Shown: positions 30,628-41,689, counted from the stretch's first letter. The stretch is 64,000 nucleotides of DNA from an uncultured Bacillaceae bacterium (GCA_937983015.1 CALKAK010000126.1:77-64076), one strand, 5' to 3'. Notes: generated from the letters alone by a model not told the origin. Made by a program: numbers and translations.

Positions 30628-32643
30628 TTATTTAATCAAAGCATTACAATCGATGATCAAAGAAACGTGCCCGTCACCGAGTATCGTCGCACCGGAGATC
30701 GCAAAAACATCTTTTAAATAGTTTCCCAAAGATTTTAAGACCACTTCTTGTTGGCCGATAAAATCATCCACAATTAAGGCGGCTAATTTTTCACCTTTAC
30801 GGACGATAACGATCGCGATCCGACCATCGGATCTCACGCTCGTTTCGGGAACTTGAAAAATATCTTTCAATGAGAGAAGCGGGATGATTTTCCCCCGAAA
30901 ATCGATAACAGGACGATCATGAGCGAATCGAATCTGATCTTTTTCAATAAGAGCTGTTTCAACGATCGAGGTTAAAGGAATGCCGTATTTTTCATCCTGA
31001 ACCTGTACTAACAGGACAGAAATTATCGACAGCGTCAATGGTAATTGAATTATAAATTTCGTTCCTTTTCCGGGTTCTGAGGATACCGTTATGATTCCTC
31101 CGAGTGATTCGATCGTTTTTTTTACAACGTCAAGTCCCACACCACGACCGGAAATATCGGAAACTTTTTCGGCAGTGGAAAAACCGGAAGCGAAAATCAA
31201 TTCATATATTTCTTGATCCGTCAATCGATCACTTTCTTCATGGGAAACGGTACCTTTTTCTAATGCTTTTTGCAAAACTTTGTCGCGATCGATGCCTGCA
31301 CCATCGTCCTCAACTTCAATGAATACATGGTTCCCGCTATGATAGGCTTTTAATAAGATCTTGCCCTCCTCTGGTTTCCCGAGGGCCTTTCGTTCTTCCG
31401 GCATCTCGATCCCGTGATCGGCGGAGTTGCGCAAAAGATGGATGAGGGGATCACCGATTTCATCGATCACAGTCCGATCGAGTTCGGTATCCTGTCCAGT
31501 TATTTCCAGACGGATCTTTTTACCTAATTCTCGGGATAGCTGCCGGATCATTTTCGGGAAGCGGTTAAAAACCATCTCGATCGGCACCATGCGGATGTTT
31601 AAGATATTAGTCTGTAAATTGCTTGTAACCCGCGAGATCTTTTCAACGGTTTCCATCAATTCTGGATGATCGATTTCTGAGGCGATTTGCTCCAGGCGAC
31701 CGCGATCGATAACAAGCTCTTCAAACAAGTTCATGACGGAATTCAAGCGGTCAATATTAACGCGAATCGTCCGCTGTAAGTTTGCGTTCTGTTTTTTTAC
31801 GAATTCATGTTTTGTAGACGGTTCTTCGCTTACTGTTGGATTGATTTCTTCAACAGACGCCTTTCGTTTATCGGACTCTCCTGTAAAAAGAGTTGGTTCC
31901 AGTATTAAAACCTCAACTTCCTGAATTTCGGAGATACCGAGTACCGTATCCCGAAGCGTTTGTTCTTCCTCTTTCGTCAATAAAGTAACCGTGAATTCTT
32001 GCTCGAATTGTTCCGCTTCCAGATCTTCAACCGGCGGGACCGCTTTAATGATTTCACCTATTTTTTCCAGCGCGTCAAATACCAAATACGCCCGGGCTGA
32101 TTTCAGGAGGCAGTCTTCTCTTAAAGTCACGGTGATCTCGTAAGCGCGAAATCCTTGTTCATACGATTGCTCGATAACCGTACGTTCAAATTCATCGTAT
32201 GTCAGACGACTTTTCTTTACCGGAGACAATCCTGGATTTTCTGGCGAGGGTTTTTCTTTTCCGCCAATTTCCTGGAGTTTATGGATAATACCTGTTACAT
32301 CTGCGCTACCATCTCCACCTTGGACAATGGAGTCCAGCATCGTTTCTAAATAATCCAGCGCCTCAAATAAAAGATCGAGGATATCTACAGAATATGCGAT
32401 CTCTTCATTGCGAAGAGCATCGAGAACATTCTCCATTTGATGGGTTAAATTAGCCATATCTTCAAAGCCCATCGTTGCGCTCATGCCTTTTATCGTATGG
32501 GCAGAGCGAAAAATCTCCTGGATGAGCTCTTTATCGCCAGGATTCCGTTCCAATTCTAGTAACTGGTTATTACAATTTTGCAAATGTTCTCGAGCCTCTT
32601 CAATGAACAGGGATAAATATTGATCCATTTCCATCATGTCCAC
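30628..32643 (-). CDS. cheA: Chemotaxis histidine kinase CheA
   Basis: 671 aa with HPt (SAHTIKGMSATMG), a dimerisation domain, an HATPase domain and a C-terminal CheW-like domain. Confidence 0.96.
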   Translation of the reverse strand: MDMMEMDQYLSLFIEEAREHLQNCNNQLLELERNPGDKELIQEIFRSAHTIKGMSATMGFEDMANLTHQMENVLDALRNEEIAYSVDILDLLFEALDYLETMLDSIVQGGDGSADVTGIIHKLQEIGGKEKPSPENPGLSPVKKSRLTYDEFERTVIEQSYEQGFRAYEITVTLREDCLLKSARAYLVFDALEKIGEIIKAVPPVEDLEAEQFEQEFTVTLLTKEEEQTLRDTVLGISEIQEVEVLILEPTLFTGESDKRKASVEEINPTVSEEPSTKHEFVKKQNANLQRTIRVNIDRLNSVMNLFEELVIDRGRLEQIASEIDHPELMETVEKISRVTSNLQTNILNIRMVPIEMVFNRFPKMIRQLSRELGKKIRLEITGQDTELDRTVIDEIGDPLIHLLRNSADHGIEMPEERKALGKPEEGKILLKAYHSGNHVFIEVEDDGAGIDRDKVLQKALEKGTVSHEESDRLTDQEIYELIFASGFSTAEKVSDISGRGVGLDVVKKTIESLGGIITVSSEPGKGTKFIIQLPLTLSIISVLLVQVQDEKYGIPLTSIVETALIEKDQIRFAHDRPVIDFRGKIIPLLSLKDIFQVPETSVRSDGRIAIVIVRKGEKLAALIVDDFIGQQEVVLKSLGNYLKDVFAISGATILGDGHVSLIIDCNALIK

Positions 32644-33695
32644 CCCAAATACACCTTTTTATGAATGATCTCCGCGATCATCTCTAATCGAGCTATTTGA
32701 TCGACATACCCGGTTTCAATAGCCGCTTTCGGCATGCCGAATATGACGGCCGTCTCCCGGGCTTCGGCAATCGTATACACATGACCTTTTTTCTTTAATT
32801 GTATCAAACCCTCTGCTCCGTCCGAACCCATTCCCGTTAAAAAAACAACGATTTTCCGATAATCGGTGACAGTGGTCATCGACTCTAAGAGACTATCAAA
32901 AGCCGGCCTTAATCCCTTTCGCGGTGGGTCCAGTGTGAGACGTGCGCTTAACTGCCCGTAGCGTTCCGCGATTTTCAAATGATATCCACCAGGAGCAATG
33001 TACACTTGACCCTTATTTAACGGTTCCCCCTGTTCTGCTTCTTTAACGGGTAAAGAAATCGTCTGATTCAGGCGTTCTGCTAGCAATCTTGTAAATTTAG
33101 GTGGCATATGCTGAACGACTACGACGGGGGCGGGGAGATCACCTGGTAATTTTCTGAGAACCTCTTCCAGGGAACGTGGACCGCCGGTAGAACAACCGAT
33201 CAGAACGATTGTTTTCTCTTGTTCCGGTTCATCATATTGGATATCGATCTTTAGGCATTCCTCCCTTGAACGAACTCCCTTTAAGGAACGAATATTCGCA
33301 TCACGAGCGGTTAATATTTTCTTGATCAGATCGTTCTTCCAGGCGGTGATTTCATCCTGATTACGGCTTTCTACTTTCGGAATAAAATCACATGCTCCTT
33401 TTTCCATCGCCTCAAACGTGATCGCGGCACCTTTTTTCGTCCAGCTGCTTAACATGATAACAGGAAGTGGAAATTCTTGCATGATCCTTTCCAGAGTTTG
33501 CAAACCGTCCATGATCGGCATTTCGACATCGAGGGTTACGACATCGGGTTTTAACGTTTTGATTTTATTCAACGCATCGATACCGTTTTTCGCTGTACCG
33601 ATCACTTTAATCTCAGGTACATCCTGTAATAGATTCGTCAGCCAGACCCGCATGAAGGTGGAATCATCGACGATCAGAACTTTAACGGGAACCAT
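32634..33695 (-). CDS. cheB: Chemotaxis methylesterase/response regulator CheB
   Basis: The start was set at the ATG at 33695 (MVPVKVLIVDDS). It has a REC domain plus an esterase domain (IGCSTGGP). Confidence 0.93.
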   Translation of the reverse strand: MVPVKVLIVDDSTFMRVWLTNLLQDVPEIKVIGTAKNGIDALNKIKTLKPDVVTLDVEMPIMDGLQTLERIMQEFPLPVIMLSSWTKKGAAITFEAMEKGACDFIPKVESRNQDEITAWKNDLIKKILTARDANIRSLKGVRSREECLKIDIQYDEPEQEKTIVLIGCSTGGPRSLEEVLRKLPGDLPAPVVVVQHMPPKFTRLLAERLNQTISLPVKEAEQGEPLNKGQVYIAPGGYHLKIAERYGQLSARLTLDPPRKGLRPAFDSLLESMTTVTDYRKIVVFLTGMGSDGAEGLIQLKKKGHVYTIAEARETAVIFGMPKAAIETGYVDQIARLEMIAEIIHKKVYLGWT

Positions 33696-33703
33696 GGAAA
33701 TCC

Positions 33704-34570
33704 CTACCTTTTTAATAAATACGTTTGTAATTTCCATAAAAAGGAAGAAGGTTCTTTAACCATATCTACCGGCTCATTTTCATAATGTTGCAAAAACAGA
33801 CGAACGAGCTGGGTCATTTGCCGCGCGCTTGAGCTAAGGGGGTTGTACATCAAAAAGGGTATTTGTTTTTTCACCGCTATCGCGATATGCTTATCTTCTG
33901 GAATAAAGCCAGCGATTTTCCCTTCACAGCCCAAAAAATGGTGCATCGTTTTTTGAATACGTCCTAACACATCCTCATTTTCACGAGCATTTTTCATCCG
34001 GTTACCAACTAAATGTAAATTCACATCCCGGGTCTTCAACACGATGTACTTGATGGCAGAATAGGCATCCATGATAGATGTGATTTCCGGGGTAATGATG
34101 ACAAAAATATGGTCGATCGCACTGAGAAAATGTACGCGCTCATCGTCCATTCCGGCACCAATGTCAAAAAGGATGTAATCGTACTCTTCTAACAGCACAT
34201 ACAATTGCTGGATAAAAAATTCAATGCGCTCTCGGTCCAATTGAATCGATTCATTCAGACCTGTGCCACCACTTATAATCTGGATCCCACCAGGCCCCGG
34301 CGCGATAATTTCTTTTAACGGATAATGGTATTTGAAGAAATCCACTATGGAACGTTCTGTCGTGACACCGGCAAGAAGCTCGATATTTCCCATTCCGATA
34401 TCGAGATCAAAAACCAAAACCTTTTTCCCGAACCGTGCCAAAGCAATGGCGAAATTCAGGGAAAAGATCGATTTCCCCACACCGCCTTTACCACTTACGA
34501 TGGCGATCGTCTTCGCTGTCTGTCGCTTTCTTTTCATTTTTCTTCGTAACGATTGAGCCTGATCCGTCAT
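33704..34570 (-). CDS. flhG: MinD/ParA-type flagellar number regulator FlhG (YlxH)
   Basis: Deviant Walker A IAIVSGKGGVGKS. The start was set at 34570, giving an ATGA overlap with the flhF stop, with AGGAG upstream. Confidence 0.9.
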   Translation of the reverse strand: MTDQAQSLRRKMKRKRQTAKTIAIVSGKGGVGKSIFSLNFAIALARFGKKVLVFDLDIGMGNIELLAGVTTERSIVDFFKYHYPLKEIIAPGPGGIQIISGGTGLNESIQLDRERIEFFIQQLYVLLEEYDYILFDIGAGMDDERVHFLSAIDHIFVIITPEITSIMDAYSAIKYIVLKTRDVNLHLVGNRMKNARENEDVLGRIQKTMHHFLGCEGKIAGFIPEDKHIAIAVKKQIPFLMYNPLSSSARQMTQLVRLFLQHYENEPVDMVKEPSSFLWKLQTYLLKR

Positions 34571-35724
34571 GACCGAACAGCTCCTGTTATTTGTTGAACA
34601 ATCCACTCCGGTTTAGCCTTGACGATATCATCAGGAACTTCCTGGCCTGTTGTGACATAGGCAACGGGTTTTTCAAACGCGAGCGGCAGATTATACAGGG
34701 ATCCGAACGATCTCGTTTCATCGAATTTCGTGAAAATAAAGCCATCGATTGGAACATGAGTGAACTGTTCATAAACTTCGCGGGCATCATCTTCTTTCAT
34801 TGTCAACGATAAAACGAAATACGTTTCCATCTCATCATATCCGTCGAACCAACGCAGTAAATCTTTCACATGTTCCGGTTCAAAATAATTGCGACCGACA
34901 GTATCGATCAACACCCGGTCACAATGGGCGCTATGAGCAAGTGCACGATTAAAGTCGCTCTTTTCATAACAAACATGTACAGGAACATTTAATATCTCAC
35001 CGTATGTCTTCAACTGTTCGACCGCACCAATTCGGTATGTATCGATCGTGATAAGGGAAATTTTTTCCTTTCGTTCCAGGACGAAGTGGGCAGCGATTTT
35101 TACCAATGTCGTAGTTTTGCCCACACCGGTTGGGCCGATGAGACAAAGATATTTTTTTTGATGTTGGGGCTGCCAGGAAATAGGAATGGACCGTAATTCT
35201 TGTAATAAAAAGTCGCGCACCCCCCGTACCGCTTCTCCTTCTGACATGCGTCCGTTTTTTTGATAATATTCCGGTAATACGTTCCTTGCCAATTTTTTAT
35301 AGTCAAGCTCGACTCCATGCTGTCGAAGACGCGTGAGAATGGGGCGGTAAATGTCGGGAAATACGTTTTGTCTTTCATCTTGCGACTGTTCGGATAATTG
35401 ACGCACGAGTCGTTTTAATTCAGCCAACTCTTTGCGTAATTCATCGGGATCATTATTCGGTGGCGCTGTTATGTGATTCCTGGTAAAACCTTCAGCCTGT
35501 TTTCTATAATGATAGGACTGTTCGGAAGTCGATTGGCTTTGACGTATGGACGGCAGCTCATCGAGCGCCGCGATCACCTCAACTTTTTTCTTCTTGAAAA
35601 GCCCCATGAAGCCCTCCGTCTCCACCGGGCGCGAATTGAGGATAACCGCATCCTGCCCTAGATCTTCCCTAACGAGTTTGAGCGCTTCCGGCAAAGTTTT
35701 GGCTACATATTTTCTGATCTTCAT
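34567..35724 (-). CDS. flhF: SRP-type GTPase FlhF
   Basis: 385 aa with [12 protein letters not shown] and DTVGR motifs. Confidence 0.93.
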   Translation of the reverse strand: MKIRKYVAKTLPEALKLVREDLGQDAVILNSRPVETEGFMGLFKKKKVEVIAALDELPSIRQSQSTSEQSYHYRKQAEGFTRNHITAPPNNDPDELRKELAELKRLVRQLSEQSQDERQNVFPDIYRPILTRLRQHGVELDYKKLARNVLPEYYQKNGRMSEGEAVRGVRDFLLQELRSIPISWQPQHQKKYLCLIGPTGVGKTTTLVKIAAHFVLERKEKISLITIDTYRIGAVEQLKTYGEILNVPVHVCYEKSDFNRALAHSAHCDRVLIDTVGRNYFEPEHVKDLLRWFDGYDEMETYFVLSLTMKEDDAREVYEQFTHVPIDGFIFTKFDETRSFGSLYNLPLAFEKPVAYVTTGQEVPDDIVKAKPEWIVQQITGAVRS

Positions 35725-37769
35725 GACATGGTCACCATCCCGACACTTTGAACTTCTACAGTTGGTTCGAGCTCATTATAGGACAGAACGGGAACCTGCG
35801 GGAAATATCGTTCGATTAAGGAACGGACGTACATACGGATGGCCGGAGAACAGAGAATGATCGGATTCTCCCCGCGAGCGGATAGTTGCTCGAATTGGTG
35901 CGCCATATTCTGTATGATCTTCTCGCTTTTTTCCGGTTCAAGGGCGAGATAATTGCCATATTCTGTTTGCTTGACGCTCGATTGAATCGCCTGTTCCACC
36001 TCAGCGGAAAGGGTGATCACTTTAAGCGGTCCCTCATCCGTCTTGTACTGTTTCGTAATTTGTTTAGAGAGGGCTTGCCGCACATATTCTGTCAAAATAT
36101 CCGTGTCCGTGGTGATTTTACAAAAGTCTGCGAGCGTCTCGAATATCGTCGGTAGATTACGGATTGAAACACGTTCCCGGAGAAGATTGGCGAGCACTTT
36201 TTGAATATCGCCGACCGATAATGGATTCGGTGTCACTTCTTCTACCAATATCGGATACGATTCTTTTAAGTGATCAATCAACTGTTTCGTTTCCTGACGT
36301 CCGAGTATATCCGCAGCATGTGCCTTCAACACTTCGGTTAAATGGGTGCTGATCACCGTTGGCGGATCGACGACGGTGTACCCGGCATCTTCAGCGATCG
36401 GTTTAATCTCTTCGGTAATCCATTTTGCCGGGATCCCAAAGGCGGGGTCTACCGTATCGATCCCGATCACGCGCGGATCATCCATACCCGGACTCATGGC
36501 AAGATAATGGTCAAGAAACACATGGCCCCGCGCTACTTCATCCCCCTTGATTTTGATCCGGTATTCGTTCGGTTCAAGCTGGATATTGTCGCGGATTCGC
36601 ACGGTAGGTATGACCAGTCCGGTTTCGATCGCGAGCTGACGGCGGATCATCACAACGCGATCAAGCAGGTCTCCACCTTGATTTGTATCGGCGAGAGGAA
36701 TGAGGGCATAGCCGAATTCGAATTCAATCGGATCAATATCGAGTAAACTTAGCACGTTCTCCGGTTTCTTCATTTCTTCTTCCATTTGCTCTTCTTCGAC
36801 TACATCCTCATCAGTAACCACCGGGGTTTTTTGGGCAGAAATTTTATAACCACCATAAATTAATAGTCCGCTGATCGGAATCGTCACCAAATCTGGAATC
36901 GGTGTGAATAGCCCGAGTAAAAAGATTGTTACACCGGTGACATAGAGCATCTTCGGGTATGCCATTATCTGTGCAAGGACATCGCGGCTTAAGTTTTCCG
37001 TCGAAGCCGCACGAGTTACGATTACGGCCATCGAAGTGGACATGAGTAATGCTGGAATCTGCGTCACCAAACCGTCCCCGACCGTTAACCGGGCGTATTT
37101 ATCAACGGACTCTGCAAAGCTTAACCCGTCAGTCAGCATCCCGATAATGATGCCGAAAATCAAATTAATAAATACGGTGAGAATACCGGCGATGGCGTCC
37201 CCTTTGACGAATTTACTGGCACCGTCCATCGCTCCATAAAAATCAGCTTCCCGGGAAACCTCTTCCCGGCGACGGCGCGCTTCCTGTTCAGAAATCAAGC
37301 CTGCATTTAAATCCGCATCGATACTCATCTGTTTTCCGGGCATGGCATCGAGGGTAAAACGGGCAGATACTTCCGCAACCCGTTCGGCACCGCGGGTGAT
37401 GACGATGAAATTGATAATCACGAGAATGAAAAAGATGACGAGACCAACCAGTATATCGCCACCCACGACAAACGAACCAAAAGTACTGATCACACCCCCC
37501 GCTTCACCCCGGGATAGGATCGAACGGGTCGTCGACACATTGAGACCGAGGCGGAAAAGCGTCATCAAGAGCAGGAGAGATGGGAATATGGAAAATTCCA
37601 GGGCATGATGAATATTCATGGTTGTTAATAAAATCAATAATGAGAGTGAGATATTGATGATAAGTAGGATATCGATCAGTGTCGGTGACAGAGGTAGGAC
37701 GAGCATGATGATGATCATGATGACCCCGACAAGTACCGTTAAATCTTTTGATAAATCTTTCAAGGACAT
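35721..37769 (-). CDS. flhA: Flagellar export apparatus protein FlhA
   Basis: 682 aa with an N-terminal polytopic domain and a cytoplasmic FHIPEP domain. Confidence 0.97.
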   Translation of the reverse strand: MSLKDLSKDLTVLVGVIMIIIMLVLPLSPTLIDILLIINISLSLLILLTTMNIHHALEFSIFPSLLLLMTLFRLGLNVSTTRSILSRGEAGGVISTFGSFVVGGDILVGLVIFFILVIINFIVITRGAERVAEVSARFTLDAMPGKQMSIDADLNAGLISEQEARRRREEVSREADFYGAMDGASKFVKGDAIAGILTVFINLIFGIIIGMLTDGLSFAESVDKYARLTVGDGLVTQIPALLMSTSMAVIVTRAASTENLSRDVLAQIMAYPKMLYVTGVTIFLLGLFTPIPDLVTIPISGLLIYGGYKISAQKTPVVTDEDVVEEEQMEEEMKKPENVLSLLDIDPIEFEFGYALIPLADTNQGGDLLDRVVMIRRQLAIETGLVIPTVRIRDNIQLEPNEYRIKIKGDEVARGHVFLDHYLAMSPGMDDPRVIGIDTVDPAFGIPAKWITEEIKPIAEDAGYTVVDPPTVISTHLTEVLKAHAADILGRQETKQLIDHLKESYPILVEEVTPNPLSVGDIQKVLANLLRERVSIRNLPTIFETLADFCKITTDTDILTEYVRQALSKQITKQYKTDEGPLKVITLSAEVEQAIQSSVKQTEYGNYLALEPEKSEKIIQNMAHQFEQLSARGENPIILCSPAIRMYVRSLIERYFPQVPVLSYNELEPTVEVQSVGMVTMS

Positions 37770-37801
37770 GGACCTTCTCTCCTAAACTATGAAAATTGCC
37801 G

Positions 37802-38881
37802 TTATACTTTGCCTTGCATACGATATACATAGGCGAGGATTTCCGCGACGGCCTTGAAAAACTCTTCGGGGATGGCAGCCCCGATATCTGTTGCCGCATA
37901 CAAAGCTTGCGCCAGTGGTTTATTTTCCACAATCGTGACATCGTGTTCGCGGGCAACTTCTTTTATTTTTAGCGCCATATAATCGACCCCTTTAGCCACA
38001 CAGACCGGGGCATCGTGCTCTTCTTCATCGTACTTTAAACAAACCGCATAGTGGGTCGGGTTCGTAATGACAACATCAGCCTCAGGAATTTCTTCCAGCA
38101 TTCTTCTGCGTGCCAGCTCCCGTTGGGTTTGCCGAATTCTTGATTTGATTTCAGGATTCCCTTCGATATTCTTATATTCTTCCTTCACTTCCTGTTTGGA
38201 CATACGGATACTCCGTTCAAATTCGAGCTTTTGATACGCGTAATCGAGGATACCGATCGCAACTAATCCGATCGCACTATAAAGGCCCATTTTAACGATC
38301 AATTCACCCATGACCGTTATGATTCCCCGGGGAGGAACAAAAATGAGATCGAGTAACTCGTGAAAATGGTTTTTGAGAAAAACGAAGACGATTGAAGCGA
38401 TGATCGTAATCTTCAGCATGGATTTCACTAATTCAACAAGAGCCCGTAGCGAAAAAATTCGTTTCGCGCCGTTGATCGGATTGATCCGCTCCCCCTTCAT
38501 CTTCAACGGTTCCGCGACGAACATAACCCCTACTTGTACGAAATTTGCCAGGATCGCGGCAACAAACGCCGCCAAAAAAACCGGTAATAGGATGATCATT
38601 ATATCGATGAGGAGACCGGCGGCAAGGCGAACGATGTTATCTGCGGTGATGGGATAAAAGATGTATTGATCGAACGTATCATAAAAAACACCGATCATTC
38701 CTTCTACAAGGGAAGAGGTGGCGAAGGATAGAGTCATAAAGACGATGAAAAAGACAAAGGCGGATACTAATTCCTGACTTTTTGCCGTCTGACCTTTCTT
38801 GCGCACATCTTCCCGTTTTTTCGGTGTCGCTTTTTCTGTTTTATCATCTGCTGCAAAAAATTGCAGATCGATGCTATACAT
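37802..38881 (-). CDS. flhB: Flagellar export switch protein FlhB
   Basis: The start was set at the ATG at 38881 (MYSIDLQFFAADDKTEKATPKK), preceded by GGGGGGA. The NPTH autocleavage motif is present (VVITNPTHYAV). Confidence 0.95.
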   Translation of the reverse strand: MYSIDLQFFAADDKTEKATPKKREDVRKKGQTAKSQELVSAFVFFIVFMTLSFATSSLVEGMIGVFYDTFDQYIFYPITADNIVRLAAGLLIDIMIILLPVFLAAFVAAILANFVQVGVMFVAEPLKMKGERINPINGAKRIFSLRALVELVKSMLKITIIASIVFVFLKNHFHELLDLIFVPPRGIITVMGELIVKMGLYSAIGLVAIGILDYAYQKLEFERSIRMSKQEVKEEYKNIEGNPEIKSRIRQTQRELARRRMLEEIPEADVVITNPTHYAVCLKYDEEEHDAPVCVAKGVDYMALKIKEVAREHDVTIVENKPLAQALYAATDIGAAIPEEFFKAVAEILAYVYRMQGKV

Positions 38882-38901
38882 GGCGCCAATCCCCCCGGAT
38901 A

Positions 38902-39672
38902 TCACCCGATCAGGAGCATGAAATCCCTGATCGCATAAAGCAGGATATCGAACAATTTTTCCATCGAGAAAACCATGACCCCGATTACGAGAAATAAAAG
39001 GATAAAGCCGCTTAAAATTTTCACTGGAAAACCGACGTTAAATATGTTTAATTGCGGCACGGTCCGGGCGAGAATTCCTAGAGCAATATCGAGCATCAAG
39101 ATACTTGCCACAATCGGTATCGCCAGTTGCACGGCTATTAGAAACATAATGGCAAAACTTCGGGCTATGAACGCGATCACGCTCGTATCGGCGAAATGAA
39201 TCGCGATTTCGGTCAACGGGATAAATTGATAACTATTATAGATAGCATCAATCAATAAATGATGTCCGTCGGTTGCCAGTAAAAATAACATCGCGAATAT
39301 GTATAAATACTGACCGGTAATGGGACTTTGTGCACCGGTTAGCGGGTCAATAACATTCGCCATCGCGAAACCCATTTGAAAATCGATGATCCCACCGGCA
39401 GTCTGAATCGCTCCCATCATGATCATCGCGATTAAGGCGATCATCAGACCGACAAGCGCTTCTTTTACAACTAGCAAAAGAAATAATCCATCGAGTGGTA
39501 CCGGTTCGGGGGTTTGCGCGAAATAAACGGCGAAAGCGATAAATAGCGACAGACCCGTCCGTACCAAAGAGGGTACATTCCGATATGAAAAGATGGGAAC
39601 GATCAAGAAAAACATCGCTACACGAACAAAGATTAAGAGAAAGACGGGAAATTGGGTCACGAACTCTTGCAT
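38902..39672 (-). CDS. fliR: Flagellar export protein FliR
   Basis: 256 aa, polytopic; position is fliQ-fliR-flhB. Confidence 0.93.
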   Translation of the reverse strand: MQEFVTQFPVFLLIFVRVAMFFLIVPIFSYRNVPSLVRTGLSLFIAFAVYFAQTPEPVPLDGLFLLLVVKEALVGLMIALIAMIMMGAIQTAGGIIDFQMGFAMANVIDPLTGAQSPITGQYLYIFAMLFLLATDGHHLLIDAIYNSYQFIPLTEIAIHFADTSVIAFIARSFAIMFLIAVQLAIPIVASILMLDIALGILARTVPQLNIFNVGFPVKILSGFILLFLVIGVMVFSMEKLFDILLYAIRDFMLLIG

Positions 39673-39676
39673 GTTA

Positions 39677-39946
39677 TCATCCTATGAATCGCGTTAAATT
39701 GGAGAATACGGCTGTGGTGAAATTCACCAAATATTCGACCATCCAGGGTCCGAATAAAACGATCCCTATTAGTACGGCAATAATTTTCGGGATAAAAGAT
39801 AAGGTTTGCTCTTGAATTTGGGTCATGGCCTGTAAAATACTGATGATCAGGCCCACTCCCAGCGCGATGAGCAGTAATGGTCCGGCCACCATTAAGATCG
39901 TCAAAACGCCTTGTTCAGCTAAATGCACCACATCACGGGCATTCAC
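39677..39946 (-). CDS. fliQ: Flagellar export protein FliQ
   Basis: 89 aa with two TM helices, typical FliQ. Confidence 0.93.
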   Translation of the reverse strand: MNARDVVHLAEQGVLTILMVAGPLLLIALGVGLIISILQAMTQIQEQTLSFIPKIIAVLIGIVLFGPWMVEYLVNFTTAVFSNLTRFIG

Positions 39947-39960
39947 GGGGAATCACCTTC

Positions 39961-40626
39961 TTAATAACTTTGTAACAACGAACCGACCACAAGATACCAG
40001 CCGTCCACCAGGACAAAAAGTAAAATTTTAAACGGTAAACTGATCATTACCGGAGGCAACATCATCATTCCCATCGACATAAGAACGCTAGCGACAATCA
40101 TGTCGATGACGAGAAAGGGAATGAAAATCATGAAACCCATTTGAAAAGCGGTTTTTAATTCACTGATGACGAAAGCGGGTATTAGTGCGGTCATCGGAAT
40201 ATCGTGTATCGTTTCCGGTTTTTCTGCACCAGAATAATTTAAAAACAACGCCAAATCCTTCTGCCGTGTGTGTTTGGCCATAAACTCCTTGAAAGGAATC
40301 GCCGCCCGTTCATATGCTTCTTCAAGTTGAATCTCGTTTGCGAATAACGGTTCCAGCGCCTCTTCATGCACCTTATGGAATGTAGGCGCCATGATAAAAA
40401 ATGTGATAAATAGCGCAAGACCAATGATGATTTGTGTCGGTGGTGTTTGGTTCGTTCCTAAACTCGTCCGCACGAAGCCCAGAACGATCACAACACGGGT
40501 AAAAGACGTTAGCAGGATTAAGATCGCCGGTGCAAGGGATAAAACGGTCAATAAAAGTAATAGTTTAACAGATGTTGAGACAACTTCCGGATCTTGTGAA
40601 TTAAAATAGCTGAAAAATTCATTCAT
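39961..40626 (-). CDS. fliP: Flagellar export protein FliP
   Basis: 221 aa, ...FTRVVIVLGFVRTSLGT...GFMIFIPFLVIDMIVASVLMSMGMMMLPP, canonical FliP. Confidence 0.96.
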   Translation of the reverse strand: MNEFFSYFNSQDPEVVSTSVKLLLLLTVLSLAPAILILLTSFTRVVIVLGFVRTSLGTNQTPPTQIIIGLALFITFFIMAPTFHKVHEEALEPLFANEIQLEEAYERAAIPFKEFMAKHTRQKDLALFLNYSGAEKPETIHDIPMTALIPAFVISELKTAFQMGFMIFIPFLVIDMIVASVLMSMGMMMLPPVMISLPFKILLFVLVDGWYLVVGSLLQSY

Positions 40627-41278
40627 GCCGGTTCCATTCCTTTTTCCGTCCCTTATCCAGAACTAGTTTTCTCTTGAGGACGATATCTTTCAATTGTTTT
40701 TGGAGCTCATGGTGAAAAGAAGTTTCCCGGTCGGCCCGCATCGTACGTTTTTCTTTTGGAAAAAAACCGAATCGCTGTAATAGGCTTCTGGCGCCTGAAA
40801 CATCACCAGGTGCTTTTGGTAAATTTTGTAAAATAGCATCTACTTCATGCGGATCACTGATCTCCTTAAGAAGCGTGACGTTTTCACCAACACCTAAGAC
40901 GAGAATCCGGTTGCCGATTTGCACAAATTGCACGGAACGATGGTTCCCTAAACCCGTCCCGCCGAGATTTTTTACCGCTTTTGTCTCCGTGATCTGAGAA
41001 GTTTTCTTTTGCAGCCATTTCAATACTAGAAGGAGCAGGGTGATCACGAACAGCAAAGCAAAAATGCTGCGAATGACATCCCCTGCGGAAACACCTACAG
41101 GTTCATCAGAAACCTCAACTTCCGTTTCCTGATTAAAATCCTCTGTCCCTTCACTTTTCTCAAACCATTCCTCGACACTTTCATTCCCATTTTCCGCTGC
41201 CACCATATCCAGGGGAAGTAAATGGAAATTTAAAAAGTATATGGCTAGTATCGAGAGCAATATTTTTTTAATTCGCAT
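40619..41278 (-). CDS. fliZ: FliO-family flagellar export protein (FliZ in B. subtilis nomenclature)
   Basis: 219 aa with a signal/TM segment, a central TM and a FliO-like segment (VQFVQIGNRILVLGVGENVTLLKEI). Located between cheY and fliP. Confidence 0.8.
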   Translation of the reverse strand: MRIKKILLSILAIYFLNFHLLPLDMVAAENGNESVEEWFEKSEGTEDFNQETEVEVSDEPVGVSAGDVIRSIFALLFVITLLLLVLKWLQKKTSQITETKAVKNLGGTGLGNHRSVQFVQIGNRILVLGVGENVTLLKEISDPHEVDAILQNLPKAPGDVSGARSLLQRFGFFPKEKRTMRADRETSFHHELQKQLKDIVLKRKLVLDKGRKKEWNRHE

Positions 41279-41323
41279 AAGCCGCCTCCTGTTCTGACTT
41301 CCTGTGGCAGCTGAAATCGCCAG

Positions 41324-41689
41324 CTAGTTTCCAATCGTTTTCCGGACTGCCTCCAGCACCCGATCTGCCTGGAAAGGTTTGACGATAAAGTCTTTCGCTC
41401 CGGCCTTAATCGCATCAATCACCATCGCTTGTTGCCCCATCGCTGAACACATGATCACCTTCGCGTTCGAATCGATTTCCCGGATTTTTTTCAGGGCCGT
41501 GATTCCATCCATCTCGGGCATGGTAATATCCATCGTGACAAGATCAGGACGTAATTCTCTAAATTTTTCTACCGCTTCTACACCATCCTGGGCTTCACCG
41601 ACCACTTCATATCCATTTTTAACTAAAATGTCTTTAATCATCATGCGCATGAATGCAGCATCATCGACAATCAATATCTTATTTCCCAT
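41324..41689 (-). CDS. cheY: Chemotaxis response regulator CheY
   Basis: 121 aa, single REC domain (ILIVDDAAFMR...VTMDITMPEMDG...K). Confidence 0.96.
   Translation of the reverse strand: MGNKILIVDDAAFMRMMIKDILVKNGYEVVGEAQDGVEAVEKFRELRPDLVTMDITMPEMDGITALKKIREIDSNAKVIMCSAMGQQAMVIDAIKAGAKDFIVKPFQADRVLEAVRKTIGN

Noticed and set aside
37504-37956. Minus-strand out-of-frame overlapping ORFs: 150 aa across the flhB/flhA junction, 28774-29166 (130 aa across cheD/sigD), 22188-22514 (108 aa within cdsA) and 35100-35378 (92 aa within flhF).
   Set aside because: They are alternative frames of strongly supported genes, with no independent start signals and no plausible products.
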